A stretch of DNA of 64,000 nt from an uncultured Nitrososphaerota archaeon (lineage in GTDB: Archaea > Thermoproteota > Nitrososphaeria > Conexivisphaerales > DTJL01). Numbering within the stretch: position 1 is the first letter of the stretch; each line of letters starts with the position of its first letter. The notes under the pieces are model-generated. The model was not told the origin of the DNA. It ran no database searches and worked only from the letters and a program-made list of their open reading frames with translations. The stretch spans positions 256,001 to 320,000 of the forward strand of contig CAWJIE010000005.1 of assembly GCA_963842885.1 (NCBI GenBank), given 5' to 3'. The position numbers and the translations under genes are program-made. Below are positions 31,781-42,646 of this stretch, piece by piece.

Positions 31781-32204
31781 ATGTCAAAGAATAACACTGG
31801 CCAGCTTCGGCATCTAACCGGGAACCTCAGAACCTCAGCCCCGACGATCAATGCGGGGTGATTCGTCTGTGGCACAGGCTCTCTACAGCCCAAGCTCAAG
31901 TCGCTCACCACCCAGCGCTCGGGGCTAGTTGAACACACCGCCTTCGGTGCTCCTGCTCTGGTTCCTGCCGCGTCTTGCCACCAAGTGGGTGCATGTTAGC
32001 GAACTGGAAGACCGCGCTCAGATTGACAATCGCGACGAGCTCGACGACCATGAAACCCTGTCTATTCTCCTCCACTGCCCCCTAGCAAACTGGATGTTCT
32101 AGAAGGGTTCCCGCCTCGCTTGGCGAGCGTGTGCACCGAGATCGGCCTTTCAGCCGTGAAGGAAGGACGGGCCGCCTGGTGAACGCCCAGAATGTAGCCT
32201 AGCT

Positions 32205-33755
32205 TCAGGCGAAAAGGCCGTGATATCTGATGCCGAGGCGAAGCAGAAGGGCAAAGGGACCAGTTCCTCCGAAATATGTTTCAAGGGAGACAAGGTCGTC
32301 GCGAGTGAGTGCCTTCGCTAACGCCAAGATTGGGACGAAGAGGAGGAGGTAGGCGCCCCCGCCCAGGAGCGTCAGGAGTATTGGGTGGAGAGGGAGGTAT
32401 GAGACGGGGAAGACCGCGACGGCCGCGACTGCGGCAGCGACGTAAATCCCGGCCACCTCGGAGACTCTGGCGTTGGCCCCTAACTCCCCTGAAATCATCA
32501 CCCAGGCCACTACAAGGGAAGCTGCTTGCCCAGCCAAGGTCGCCATTAGGATGCCTATGACGCCAAATGGTATCACGAGCGCGATCGAGGAACCCAGCGA
32601 AACCACTGCCCCGACGATGCCTACCAAGAGCACCTTCCTAGTTTTGCCCATCCCGCTCAGAAGAGAACCCTGCGCTAAGCTTCCGAAGCCCACCGGGAGA
32701 TAGGAGGAGACCCCCAGTAGGAGATAAACTGCCGAGAACGTGTAGGCCCTGCCGTACACGGCCTGCGAAACAGGGACGCAGAGGGCCATGAGCATCATGC
32801 TCACGGGCGCCACGAAGAGGCAAGAAAACTTCACAGTCGTCCTGTAGGTGACTGCGAGGAGGTGCCTGTCGCTCGCGAGCCTGCTGAAGAGGGGAAAGAG
32901 CGCGGTAGAAATGGGATAAACGAAGAGGCCAACAATCGTGGAGATGTTGGTCGCCGCGCCGTAGCCACCAATGTTGGCATTCGTAGTGAAGTGTGCCAGC
33001 AGAGTCCCTTGGATTGGGCCGAGAAACCCCCCAATCAGGGAGCCGAGGTAGAGTGGTAAGGAATAGCGCAGGGCGAGTTCGATGTCTCGGTAGACCTGGC
33101 CTAGGCCCGACCTACGGTAGAAGGCCGCCACCGCTATCACCGCTACCACCCCCACCACCAAATAGCTCAAACTATATCCTATGATTGCTCCGCTGACCGC
33201 GAAGCCTGCAAGAACCAGGCCTATGGACACCGCAAACTTCAGGGCCGCAAGGAGGACCTGTAGGATTGCGGAGCGATCCATCCTTCCCAGCCCCTGGTAA
33301 CCGGAGGTCACCACGGTGTAGAGTGCCTGGCCGACATAAGCCATGGCGAGCAAAGGGATGAGCGGAGCCAGTTCCGGCCTGTTGAGGAAGTCGGCGATGG
33401 CCAACGAAAGCGGCACGGTTGTCGCGGCGAGGATTACAGCGACGATTCCCTGGAACGCTGTCATAGAGTACACGAAGGAGGCGGCTTCCCCTGCCTTCCC
33501 CTCCCCCAGGTATTTGGCCGGGAACCTCGTGGCTGCCGTTGATATGCCGAGGCCTCCTATCACCATCAGGTAAGACGTAGGGAGGATGGCGATGCTGTAT
33601 AGGCCATAGCCGTCGGGCCCCAGGATCCTGCCGACTAAGATAGACGTGATCGCCATCAGGAAGGTCGAGGTCGTGTTCCCCAGAAAGAGGTGATACATCC
33701 CCCGGGCGACCGTCCCCCCTCCCTTTTCGTCATTCACGACCATCACTAAAACCAC
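32205..33755 (-). CDS. Oligosaccharide flippase (Wzx/MOP superfamily)
   Basis: 'GRILGPDGYGLYS', 'IGGYGAA', 'TALFPLFS'; many TMs. Confidence 0.9.
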   Translation of the reverse strand: MVLVMVVNDEKGGGTVARGMYHLFLGNTTSTFLMAITSILVGRILGPDGYGLYSIAILPTSYLMVIGGLGISTAATRFPAKYLGEGKAGEAASFVYSMTAFQGIVAVILAATTVPLSLAIADFLNRPELAPLIPLLAMAYVGQALYTVVTSGYQGLGRMDRSAILQVLLAALKFAVSIGLVLAGFAVSGAIIGYSLSYLVVGVVAVIAVAAFYRRSGLGQVYRDIELALRYSLPLYLGSLIGGFLGPIQGTLLAHFTTNANIGGYGAATNISTIVGLFVYPISTALFPLFSRLASDRHLLAVTYRTTVKFSCLFVAPVSMMLMALCVPVSQAVYGRAYTFSAVYLLLGVSSYLPVGFGSLAQGSLLSGMGKTRKVLLVGIVGAVVSLGSSIALVIPFGVIGILMATLAGQAASLVVAWVMISGELGANARVSEVAGIYVAAAVAAVAVFPVSYLPLHPILLTLLGGGAYLLLFVPILALAKALTRDDLVSLETYFGGTGPFALLLRLGIRYHGLFA

Positions 33756-33972
33756 GTTCGTACTTAAGCCGATTGCAAGCGGAAAGAGTCGGGGCTTCCT
33801 TCACATCTCCCCGTCTGAATTGACCAATTTCAACTACTCTTCTTGCCAGTCCCTCCTTTGACTCCAAACCCTTGATGCTCCGGAGCGTCCCGCCGGGCCG
33901 GATGTCTTGATTCTGAACAAGATAGGCCTCTTGAAAGCGACAGATCTGGGGGGAAGCACTCCAAAGGGCAGC

Positions 33973-34755
33973 CTATATCAAATCCAAGCCTTTCTTGATT
34001 TTCCTTCTGATAGTATGCGCAGTGCTTTGAGTCGTATAGGGTTTGCGGCAGCTTCGGCAGAGCCCGTCCCCATCCCATGCCAGCCGCGACCTCCGGATTC
34101 TTCGAAAGGTCTCCGATTCCCTCAAGCCGTCGTAGGATGTCTCCATCAGGTTCCCCAGCACATGTCTCAGCCCTATATCCATGTAGCAGAGGACCGTCGT
34201 CCCGTCGGGGAGCATTACGAACTTGGGCCCCGAAAGCGTAGGGCAAAGGAAGGGTCCTCGGAAGTGAAAGGGCGGCGAGTTCTTAGAGTTCCCCGCCCAA
34301 TAATGGTCGGGGAAGTACTTGTTCATTATCGATATGTCAAAGATATGGATCTTCATCAGTGTCAAGGAGAGGACCTCCTTATATTCGTCAGTCATGGGGA
34401 TGTTGGCGATCCCGAAGGGGTCGGGGAGGTGGAGGACGAAGCCGGCAGTGTCGACCCTGGCAAGTCGATCTACATCCGAAGGCTTCAGCCCAACGAGCGT
34501 CGAAATGACGCTCACATCATAGCCGCGGTCATGGGCGAGCTCAATCATGTCCACCGTCTGGGGATTGAGGAAGGGCTCTGAGAAACCGGAGAAGTCTATC
34601 CGCACATCGGTCGGAACATGCGAGAGGGCCTTTTCGAAGTCACCTAGCGAAAGCATGGATGAACCATGATATGCAGAATGGAGAAGCTGCTGAGGGCAAT
34701 AGGGGAAGCAATTCACCGTGCACGATGTGTTGGTCGTTATCAAGAGCCATCGCAT
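33973..34755 (-). CDS. Radical SAM/SPASM-like protein with atypical Cys spacing
   Basis: 'CTVNCFPYCPQ', 'FSGFSEPFLNP', 'LPDGTTVLCYMD', 'LCRSC'. Confidence 0.8.
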   Translation of the reverse strand: MRWLLITTNTSCTVNCFPYCPQQLLHSAYHGSSMLSLGDFEKALSHVPTDVRIDFSGFSEPFLNPQTVDMIELAHDRGYDVSVISTLVGLKPSDVDRLARVDTAGFVLHLPDPFGIANIPMTDEYKEVLSLTLMKIHIFDISIMNKYFPDHYWAGNSKNSPPFHFRGPFLCPTLSGPKFVMLPDGTTVLCYMDIGLRHVLGNLMETSYDGLRESETFRRIRRSRLAWDGDGLCRSCRKPYTTQSTAHTIRRKIKKGLDLI

Positions 34756-35465
34756 GTCGGAAACTCTGGCTATCCTATGCACTTGGCATTATTTGGAGCT
34801 TGCCTTTTGCACTCGGGACGCCACGCTGTGCTTCCTTCCCCGCTCACTTCTCGTTATTTGAATTCCTTCGTCTTGCCGCACTTCCTCGAACTCTGAGGCG
34901 CGCAGCCAACTGCCCTCGGCGTCATCAAGTATCTGCGCGTACCGGCGACAAAGACGTCAAGGCCTACGGTGCCCTGACGTCGGTCATCATAGGGGAAAGC
35001 GAATCCAAATGGCTAAAGATCAGGCTCAGGGCGCAGTCATCCTTGCGGTCAGCCTTATTAGCGTCTTGCTCCAAGTTTACGTGATCTTCTTCTGGGTCGG
35101 CCTCCTGGAGATCGATGACCAGCCCGTGGCCTACCGGATGGTCCCCCAGTACAAGGGAGTCGCCCACTAGGGACGAACGGAGACCACGGGGCGTTCAGGA
35201 ATTGCTTACGGTGATATTTTTAAACTATAAAGCTATTTGATGCTTCTATGGCTGATTCGGTCAGGACAGCCGTTATGAACAGCTGGTAGAACAAGTGTCT
35301 GGGAGAGGAAGCTGTGCTGGAGCTTGGGCTCGGGGCGAAGGCTCGGTTGCCGACTGACTTTGGCCATCTCATCCAGCATGGCTGCCGGGCCTGGTGGGAT
35401 TGGCACCTATATGGGTTCGATAGTGAATTCGTCTCATCAGGATTCCGCCCGGTCCAATTGCAGCC

Positions 35466-35642
35466 TTAATGATAACGGGAAAGTCCGGCTAGGTCGGCAT
35501 CTATGTGGTCTGGATCGTTCTTGTCGGGTACTCGATGGTTGCAATTAGTGCAACGCCATATGATCTTACTCTTGTCCACCACGGTTGGAACCAGGTACCC
35601 TTTTCCACACTTGGGACAAGGCGGATAGGCGGAGAAGTTCAT
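35466..35642 (-). CDS. 58-aa zinc-ribbon protein (not in ORF track)
   Basis: Hand translation MNFSAYPPCPKCGKGYLVPTVVDKSKIIWRCTNCNHRV...; two CxxC knuckles. Confidence 0.65.
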   Translation of the reverse strand: MNFSAYPPCPKCGKGYLVPTVVDKSKIIWRCTNCNHRVPDKNDPDHIDADLAGLSRYH

Positions 35643-35699
35643 CAATGAACGATCGATAGTAGTACAACTTGCCCGGGATTTAAGGTCACTCCAAACGGG

Positions 35700-35721
35700 G
35701 GTGGGCCGGGGCGGATTCTAA
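35700..35721 (-). repeat. Degenerate tRNA 3'-end (att-like) fragment
   Basis: 17/22 identity to tRNA positions 49116..49137; minus strand reads TTAGAAT-CCGCC-CCGGCCC-A-CC. Confidence 0.5.
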
Positions 35722-35770
35722 GCCATATCGGTATTGAATAGGCCGTCTCAACAAAACTGGCCCTTCGGTT

Positions 35771-36155
35771 CTATGCTTTGAAACGGGTTTGGAGTGGACC
35801 CTTTGCTTTACCTCGTTTCAGATATGCCTTCATTGTCTCGCTACTTGGCGGCTCTTTCCATCTTCCGAAGTCGGCAAACGCCTTCCTAAGGTAGCTGCGA
35901 AGATAGTCCGGTGTCTGATGGCTGTAACTTCGCATTTGAATCCACTTCTCAACTCTCCCAACGAAGAGGTTGCAATCCTTACAAATTCACCCCCCTGACA
36001 ATTCCCGTCTTGTGGTCGTGGTCAACGACTACATACTCTTCAAACGTCTCTACGCCGCAAAGCTCACACTTCCCTTTGTTACTTTTGTATCGCCTGTGCC
36101 TCCATTCTCGATCTGACTTGACCTGGTCATAAGGAACGGGGGGCAGGTCGTCCAT
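35771..36155 (-). CDS. Endonuclease VII-like (beta-beta-alpha-metal) nuclease (1 frameshift ~35985)
   Basis: 'CELCG...VVDHDHKTGIVRG', then 'ICKDCN' after the shift. Confidence 0.8.
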
Positions 36156-36415
36156 GACCACCGAAACACCCTTGCAGCTTAGATAACGGTTGCGTCCCGA
36201 CGCCAAACCCTAAATCCCCCACAGTAACTTTGGACGTTCAAGTACTCCAAAAGAGCGATCTATTTCGACTAAGAGATGACCAAGAGACCCACGGAGCACA
36301 CGATAGAGAACGTGCGGAGGTATCATATGCTGAAGAAATATGCGGCGAAACCTCCAGGGCAACAGCATAAGGCGATGTTCACCTTCTTATACTTCAATGA
36401 TATGAAGGCATATCG

Positions 36416-37061
36416 ATGAAAGGCTTCAAGATACGGCTGGGTATTCGGATAAGAATGCCTTTCCTGGTCTTGAGGGTGTCCACTTCAAGCGTCTCATACA
36501 GGCTGGGATTATATCCTAGACTTCGACGCATACAGAAGACGGGACTGCTTCTCAATGAGGGGAGTCTTGGTGTCTTGCTCTATGAGGATTTGGTGGCGAA
36601 TTATCTTCCGCCTTGGAGCCTCGAAGGGAAGACTGTCCTCGACATAGGGGCTGCATGTGGGGATACAACATGGTTCTTCTTTCGAACATGGGGCGAAGAA
36701 GGTCATTGGAGTCGAAAGCAACCGAAAGCAAATCTCTTACCTGAAGGCTAACAAGGAGAGGTTCGGCTGGAATCTGGACATCTACGAGGAGAAGTTTGAC
36801 CCTGAGAAGCACCTCGTACTCGACCATGATTTCATCAAGTGTGACATCGAAGGCTACGAGATGGAGCTTCTTCCCTATGTCAAGACGCTGAAGCCCTGCG
36901 TCGTCGAGGTTCACAACTTGTGGGAAGTGGAGCAGTTCCAGAAGGCCGGCTTTCAGCTTTGTGAAGCCACCTACAGGAGGCCTGGGCGTATGCATCATGG
37001 CGAACTACCCAAGGCAGCTGACCTCTGTAGTCACGTAGCGATAATCAACCTATTCTCTTGA
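36416..37061 (+). CDS. FkbM-like SAM methyltransferase (frameshifted)
   Basis: 'KTVLDIGAACGDT', 'GAKKVIGVE', 'FIKCDIEGYE'. Confidence 0.75.
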
Positions 37062-37405
37062 ACGGAGTGGGGCAATGTCAGACTATACTCGACTTCTTTG
37101 TTGCTTTCCGTTCTTTCCATTTCACATTACGCTTTGTCAGTAAGCCTCTCTGTGTGGTGTAAATAACAGTTGCCAAGCGCCAAACAACTCACTGCACTCC
37201 AGTCTTGTTCTTCTCTTATAAGCGTACCCTTGACCCTTCCAAAGGTGAGCCTGAACGACTCTGTCACCCATGAGAGCGCAATCCGTGTTTGTCTAGCCTA
37301 CGGGTTGGGCAGCTTAAGAACCACCAACGGCTGTGGGCCACCCTTCCGCCCTCGTTCAACTAAGACATTGATTTCGATAGCTCAAAGATGATTAAGCGAG
37401 AATGG

Positions 37406-38549
37406 TTACGCCGAATGCAACCTCACTCGCTTGATGTCTGGCCTGGGCCTGGGCTGGCTCATGGCTTTCGACAGCAGTCCGACTTTCTCCTTGATCTCAT
37501 CAACCTCCTTCCTCAGGGCAAGGTTCTCCTTTTCGAGCTCCTCCAACTTCTGCAAGGATGGCCCTTTAACCTGCTCCAGAATCGTCAGTTCCGGGACCGC
37601 CTTCAGGTAGTCCTGGAGAATCTCTTGAGATGTCGGCCGATAGTAGTCGTCTGCCAGCCCTACGTTGTGCCCCATGAGCATCTCGACATGTAGGGACTTC
37701 ATCTGCCTCTCGCATACGCTCTTGAAGAACTTCCTGAAGCCATGGTCGACCTGGAACTCGTGCCTATGCTTTCCCTGCTCTAGGGCTTTGCGGATGCCGG
37801 TGCCCTTCAAAGCATCCTCCATCATCCTCTTGATCCCCAGGCTCTTCAGGCGCTTGGGGATGTGAGGCTCCCCTTTGGCCAGCTTGTCCGGCTTGAAGAG
37901 ATCCCTGATCACCGGAGAATCGTTGCTGACCTTCTCGCCGCTGCTCTTCCTGAAGGCGATGTATTCGTCAAGAGCTTGATAACACTCTGGAGTTATGAAG
38001 CTGAAATACTCGTCTGAGGTCCCGGCATAGACCTTGACTATCCCAGCCACCAACTGCCCCTTCTGCTTCAACCTTCTCGATGTGACCCCAGTTCAGGTAA
38101 TCGAAGGCACCAACCTGATCCCTGAAGAGAGCATCAGAAGGACCGTCGGCTTGACCCGTCTGTCTGGATACGCGAGGATCCGTTTGACCTCCTCGACAGT
38201 CGGGATCCTGTCCTGGCCGTAGCTCCTCCCATGGGGGATCCTCCTCCATCTTCTTCCAGTTGAGGGCGATGTCGTTCATCTCGCAGAAGAGCTTTATCGG
38301 CTTGAAGTAGTTGGGGACAGTCGCCTCTGGGATCTCCTTCCTCTCTGCCCTCCCCTTCTGGAGCCGCATGTACTCGTTTATGACGAAGGTGGCCCACTGG
38401 CTGTCATCCTTGGCCCTCCTGGCGAAGCTGGAGGCTCTCTCATGGAAGGTGGGGCCTTCTACCTTGATGTGCCTGAGGAAGAGGTCCAGCCTCCTCTCGT
38501 ACTTCTCCTTCGTGACCGGGGACTTGATGGCATCATAGAATTCCGCCAA
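37406..38549 (-). CDS. Tyrosine recombinase/integrase (several frameshifts)
   Basis: 'SSGIR', 'HGFRKFF', 'LMGH', 'YY' catalytic motifs; starts just downstream of the att copy. Confidence 0.88.
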
Positions 38550-38613
38550 AGGGCCCGTCTATTCCGGCTCCACAACCTTGGTGGCTAAGGAATCGTATCT
38601 GGGAACTCAAAAA

Positions 38614-38633
38614 GTGGCGGGCCCGGTGGGATT
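38614..38633 (-). repeat. att direct repeat of the tRNA-Arg 3' end
   Basis: gtggcgggcccggtgggatt, identical to 49114..49133. Confidence 0.9.
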
Positions 38634-38916
38634 AGGACCTGTTTAGGTTCATCGTAGAATCTGTTGCAAGAAGATTCCATGTCGCAAAAGACCAAGCCAT
38701 AGACCAATGAATCAAGGATAAGTCAAATCATGAGCTAGCAGGGTCCGAGGGCGAGTTGAGTCAAAGCTTTTGAGTAACTGAAGACTCGATTCTAGGCTGG
38801 TCATCGACGAAGAGGAACTAGAGGGATATGTGGCGGAAGGAATGCGGCAAGTGGAAAGGCTTAGTGGGGAGAGGTAGCGCGGATACACGAAGCACTAGAC
38901 GAAGGAGCAGGTCTCC

Positions 38917-39807
38917 TTGAGGTCGCTCTATGATACTTCTGAATATCAAGCAGTGTACGACGACCTTCACAGGAGTGTCAGCGAATCTGCTGAATATCTT
39001 GAGCCTGGTCCAAGTCGTTACCAAGCGACGAGACGCTTGCACGCCGTCGTTCAGTCGGTACTTCGGACTAATGCCGAGAGGTTATTGGATATAGGATGTG
39101 GAGACGGTATATACGCCATCATATTTGCAAGCCTTCGCCATGATTACGTAGGATGTGACGTGAGTCTCGTCAATCTTCGCAGAGTCTTTGAGTGGTCCGA
39201 GAGAAAGGGCCTTGACCAAAGAATCAATCTGGTGCTCTGCGAGATATCCTACCTGCCGTTCCGGGAAAAGGCCTTTGAGATGACGGTATGCAGCGAAGTA
39301 ATAGAACACTTGTTGAACCTTGGGCCCGCTCTAGAAGCTATGTCCAGGGTCACAGAGAACCTCATCATCAGCACACCATGCATCGGGTTTCCCTTAGTCG
39401 ACTTGGCTCTGACAACAAGGGTCTCGAAGTGGTCAATGAACAAAAGGAGAGTCATCCGGCAGTATGGTACCTACGAAGGATTGATGCGGATATTCAAAGA
39501 GAGCAATGCAACTCACACCAATCTATTCACTTTGACTCTGCTCAAAACGCTTCTTCGCAAAGCCGGTACGGAGGTGACTAAAGTTGAGGGTGCGGCCTTC
39601 CAGTTTCCTTTCATAGACGAAAGTAGAATTTACGATCACCGTAATCAGGAGCGTTTCTTCTCTTGGTTGGAAGAGACGTTCCTCAAGTGGATACCTTTGT
39701 TTGACATCCTTCTGGTGCGCCTCGGTCACCGCACCGTAATCTTAACATGTTCTCAGGCAAGTGCGAGAGAACCAGGCCCGAGTCCAAGCTCGATGAAGAA
39801 AGGGTGA
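38917..39807 (+). CDS. Class I SAM-dependent methyltransferase
   Basis: 'LLDIGCGDG', 'LPF..KAFE..VCSEVIEHL', 'IISTP'. Confidence 0.9.
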   Translation: MRSLYDTSEYQAVYDDLHRSVSESAEYLEPGPSRYQATRRLHAVVQSVLRTNAERLLDIGCGDGIYAIIFASLRHDYVGCDVSLVNLRRVFEWSERKGLDQRINLVLCEISYLPFREKAFEMTVCSEVIEHLLNLGPALEAMSRVTENLIISTPCIGFPLVDLALTTRVSKWSMNKRRVIRQYGTYEGLMRIFKESNATHTNLFTLTLLKTLLRKAGTEVTKVEGAAFQFPFIDESRIYDHRNQERFFSWLEETFLKWIPLFDILLVRLGHRTVILTCSQASAREPGPSPSSMKKG

Positions 39808-39936
39808 GGTTCTTCGGCCTCCTTACTGGCTCCTGTTACTGAAGGACCGACTTGGGGGCGCACAGTGAGTAATCGACATCTTGATAAGCAGAGCAGTCCG
39901 AAGTTAGCTTATTGCGATTGGCGAGCGAGTCAACAG

Positions 39937-41111
39937 ATGAAGGTCCACGCAACAGTAATCTCTGATTCCAGGGAGTTATGTCGGAACGAAGATGAAATCG
40001 ACGCTTTCTTGAAAGAACACAGCCCAAATCCTTTCATGCTGTTCGCCTTCATGGCAAAACTGATGGACCTCAGAGCGAACGTCGATCAGACCCCTGCCGT
40101 CATAGTCGTCAAAGCGGACGACCGCATAATCGGCGTGGCACCGTTGGTCCTCAGACGGGTTAGCGGAATCCGTCATGCCGAATTCCTATGTCCGTACGCG
40201 TGTTCGCCTGATTTCGTGTTAGACCGAAAGTACGAATCGATAGCGCTGGAGACCATAATCGACGTGGTCATCAGGAGGCTCGGCTTAAGGTACCTCCTCT
40301 TGGATTTCGAGGCAGACTCTCCAAGCCTCCCAGCTTTGAAGCATGTATGCGAATCAGAAGGCATCCCCTTCTTTGAACAATCCAGCGAGCACCTGGTTCA
40401 CGGTGTGATTCCGGTGAACAGCTCCTGGGAGGACTACAGAAGAATCCTGTGGCAGCCGTCTTTCAAGAGAACTCAGGAACATCGAGAACAAGTTGAACAG
40501 AGAAGGCAGGTGGGAAGTTGCGCTCGTCGCGGACTATGAGGGGTACAGTGTGGAGGCTCTCTACGACAAGGTAATGGCCATCGAGAAGCAGAGTTGGAAA
40601 GAGGCATACAGACAGTTAACAGGGGAGTTCTGACTACAATGTAGAGTGGTCCCTGATGTCATCATCATCAACCAAAGACAACATCAGATTTCTGAGGCGG
40701 AAGGTCTGGTTCCTTGAGCTCGAGGGCCAGCCCGTAGCCTACTCCATAGTCCTTCAATACAAGGGAGTAGCGTACATCGTGAAGACTGCATTTGTCGAAG
40801 CGTACTCGAGGTTGGGGCCAGGGAGGTACATGATCTATGCTACGGTCAGGGGTTTGTTTGAAGACAAAGAAGTTGAGAAGATAGACTTCCAGACCTATTA
40901 TCCGATTGTCCGGTCCTGGCGAGTCAATTGCGTGAAGAGGGTCAGGATTAGACTGGGCAACAGGGCAATCGTGTATCTCGCGCATGCTAGGGCGTTGCTG
41001 AGAAGGACGATCAACTCCTCAAAGAAGAATGACGGACGTGCCGAGCACTCTGACACGGCACGATCGCAGTTGACCCAAGCAAAGAAAAGGCGCGTCTCGA
41101 GTCCGTCATAG
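39937..41111 (+). CDS. GNAT family protein, paralog of 27490..28605 (frameshifted)
   Basis: Shared 'NPF', 'SPDF', 'WFLELEGQPVAY', 'KT.F...PG', 'IDF' motifs. Confidence 0.75.
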
Positions 41112-41351
41112 CTCGGTCCCCGCCAGCTACTCAAGCGAGAGCATACCACCACATGGTTCTCCAAGGGCGGTACCTTAGGGCACCATGGGAGAGCCTGCGT
41201 CGAGTCTCACCCGATCCGGTTTGGGTATGTATCTAAGAGCCCGGCTGTCGGCAGTGTCCTACTCCCGGTCTATCGGCAGTTGTAGCGGAGGCAGGATTGA
41301 CTCCTCGGCTATGCTGAAATAGGAGGCGAAGGTGCTTGTTCTAGGGGGTAA

Positions 41352-42032
41352 GTGGGCAAGATGGCCGAGCCGAACAGGCGCTATGACCTTTGCCAGAACC
41401 ACTATTCGGATTTCGTGTGCGCCTCCTCTCCCGCCCTTGAGAACGCTCCTTCTCCTGACTCTCTTCCGTTCACGTCCCTTCGCGGACCGTGGCGGAAGTT
41501 GATGAACACGGTTTGGTATGTGCACAGGTGGGGAATCACCGGGTACATCAAGAGGATGTTTTCCCCCGATTTTCCGAAGAAACGCGCTTCGGCGAGCGTT
41601 GCGGACCTGCCCACGTCAGCTCCCCAGTACGGCGTGCTGAACCTGCAGCCGGGAGACCTTGTAGAAATACGTTCCGAGAAGGAGATATTTTCTACCCTAG
41701 ACCGTAACCAGAAGCTCAATGGCCTGGCCTTCCAGCGTGAGATGAGTCATTTCTGTGGGAAGCGGTACAGGGTCTTCAAGAGACTCACGAAGATAATCGT
41801 CGAGTCTACGGGCGAGAAGCGGAACATAAGGTCGCCGACGGTGCTCCTCGAGGGCGTCATATGTGATGGAACCGAACACGGCGGCTGCGACAGGTCCTGC
41901 TTCCTCTTCTGGAGGGAGGAATGGCTGAGGAGGGTGGCCCCGGACGGCACCTTGTCGGGCATGCAGACTGGGCCAGCGGGACTTGAGCCGCGGCCAGCTA
42001 AGAGGCGCGTGATGACCAATAGCTGGTGCTAG
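41352..42032 (+). CDS. Hypothetical protein with Cys-rich C-terminus
   Basis: 'LNLQPGDLVEIRS..EI..TLD', 'CDGTEHGGCDRSC..FWREEWL'; start uncertain. Confidence 0.75.
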   Translation: MGKMAEPNRRYDLCQNHYSDFVCASSPALENAPSPDSLPFTSLRGPWRKLMNTVWYVHRWGITGYIKRMFSPDFPKKRASASVADLPTSAPQYGVLNLQPGDLVEIRSEKEIFSTLDRNQKLNGLAFQREMSHFCGKRYRVFKRLTKIIVESTGEKRNIRSPTVLLEGVICDGTEHGGCDRSCFLFWREEWLRRVAPDGTLSGMQTGPAGLEPRPAKRRVMTNSWC

Positions 42033-42254
42033 GGGTGCAAATGGTGATACTTCTAGACCATAACGCTTGAACATGCGTCCTTTTCGGATTCGGTCAAGAC
42101 AGCCGTTATAAGCGTCGGAAAGCGAATAGCCTTCCGGAAAGGATGTCATGCTGGAGCTACAGCTCACGATGGAGCATCTGGGCTTTCCCATGAGATTCAG
42201 GCCCTTGATCCGGCGTAGCTGGCGCGCAGGTAGGAGTCCTTCAGGGGGACTGGC

Positions 42255-42473
42255 TTGAAGAGAGAACATAACGAAGAGGAAGAGGGGTATTTCACCTTCG
42301 AATGGGTCTGCCGCGACCCCGCCTGCTTCGATGAGGGGCACCTACACAGGAAGCGCATCAGTGCCCCGACCCTGGAGAAGGCCAAGGCGATAGCGAAGCT
42401 TCTGTCCATCCCCGACAACGCGAAGGTCATCGAAGAGGAAGAGCGGATGCTCAAGATGGCCATCGTATGGTGA
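42255..42473 (+). CDS. Small Cys/His protein, copy 1
   Basis: 'FTFEWVCRDPACFDEGHLHRKR'; paralog at 47814. Confidence 0.7.
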   Translation: MKREHNEEEEGYFTFEWVCRDPACFDEGHLHRKRISAPTLEKAKAIAKLLSIPDNAKVIEEEERMLKMAIVW

Positions 42474-42646
42474 ACCCCTGGAAGTCATTGCGGTTCCTTT
42501 CGGCCAGATGAGACAAGGATTAGCACGCCGGCTTCAAAGAATTGAAAGTCCGACCCGAGCCAATTAAGGGGCCAAGGTTGCCGGCACCAGCGATTCCCCT
42601 TGACCGATTCATAACGCTTAAACGTTCTACTCATTCTCTTGTCCTT

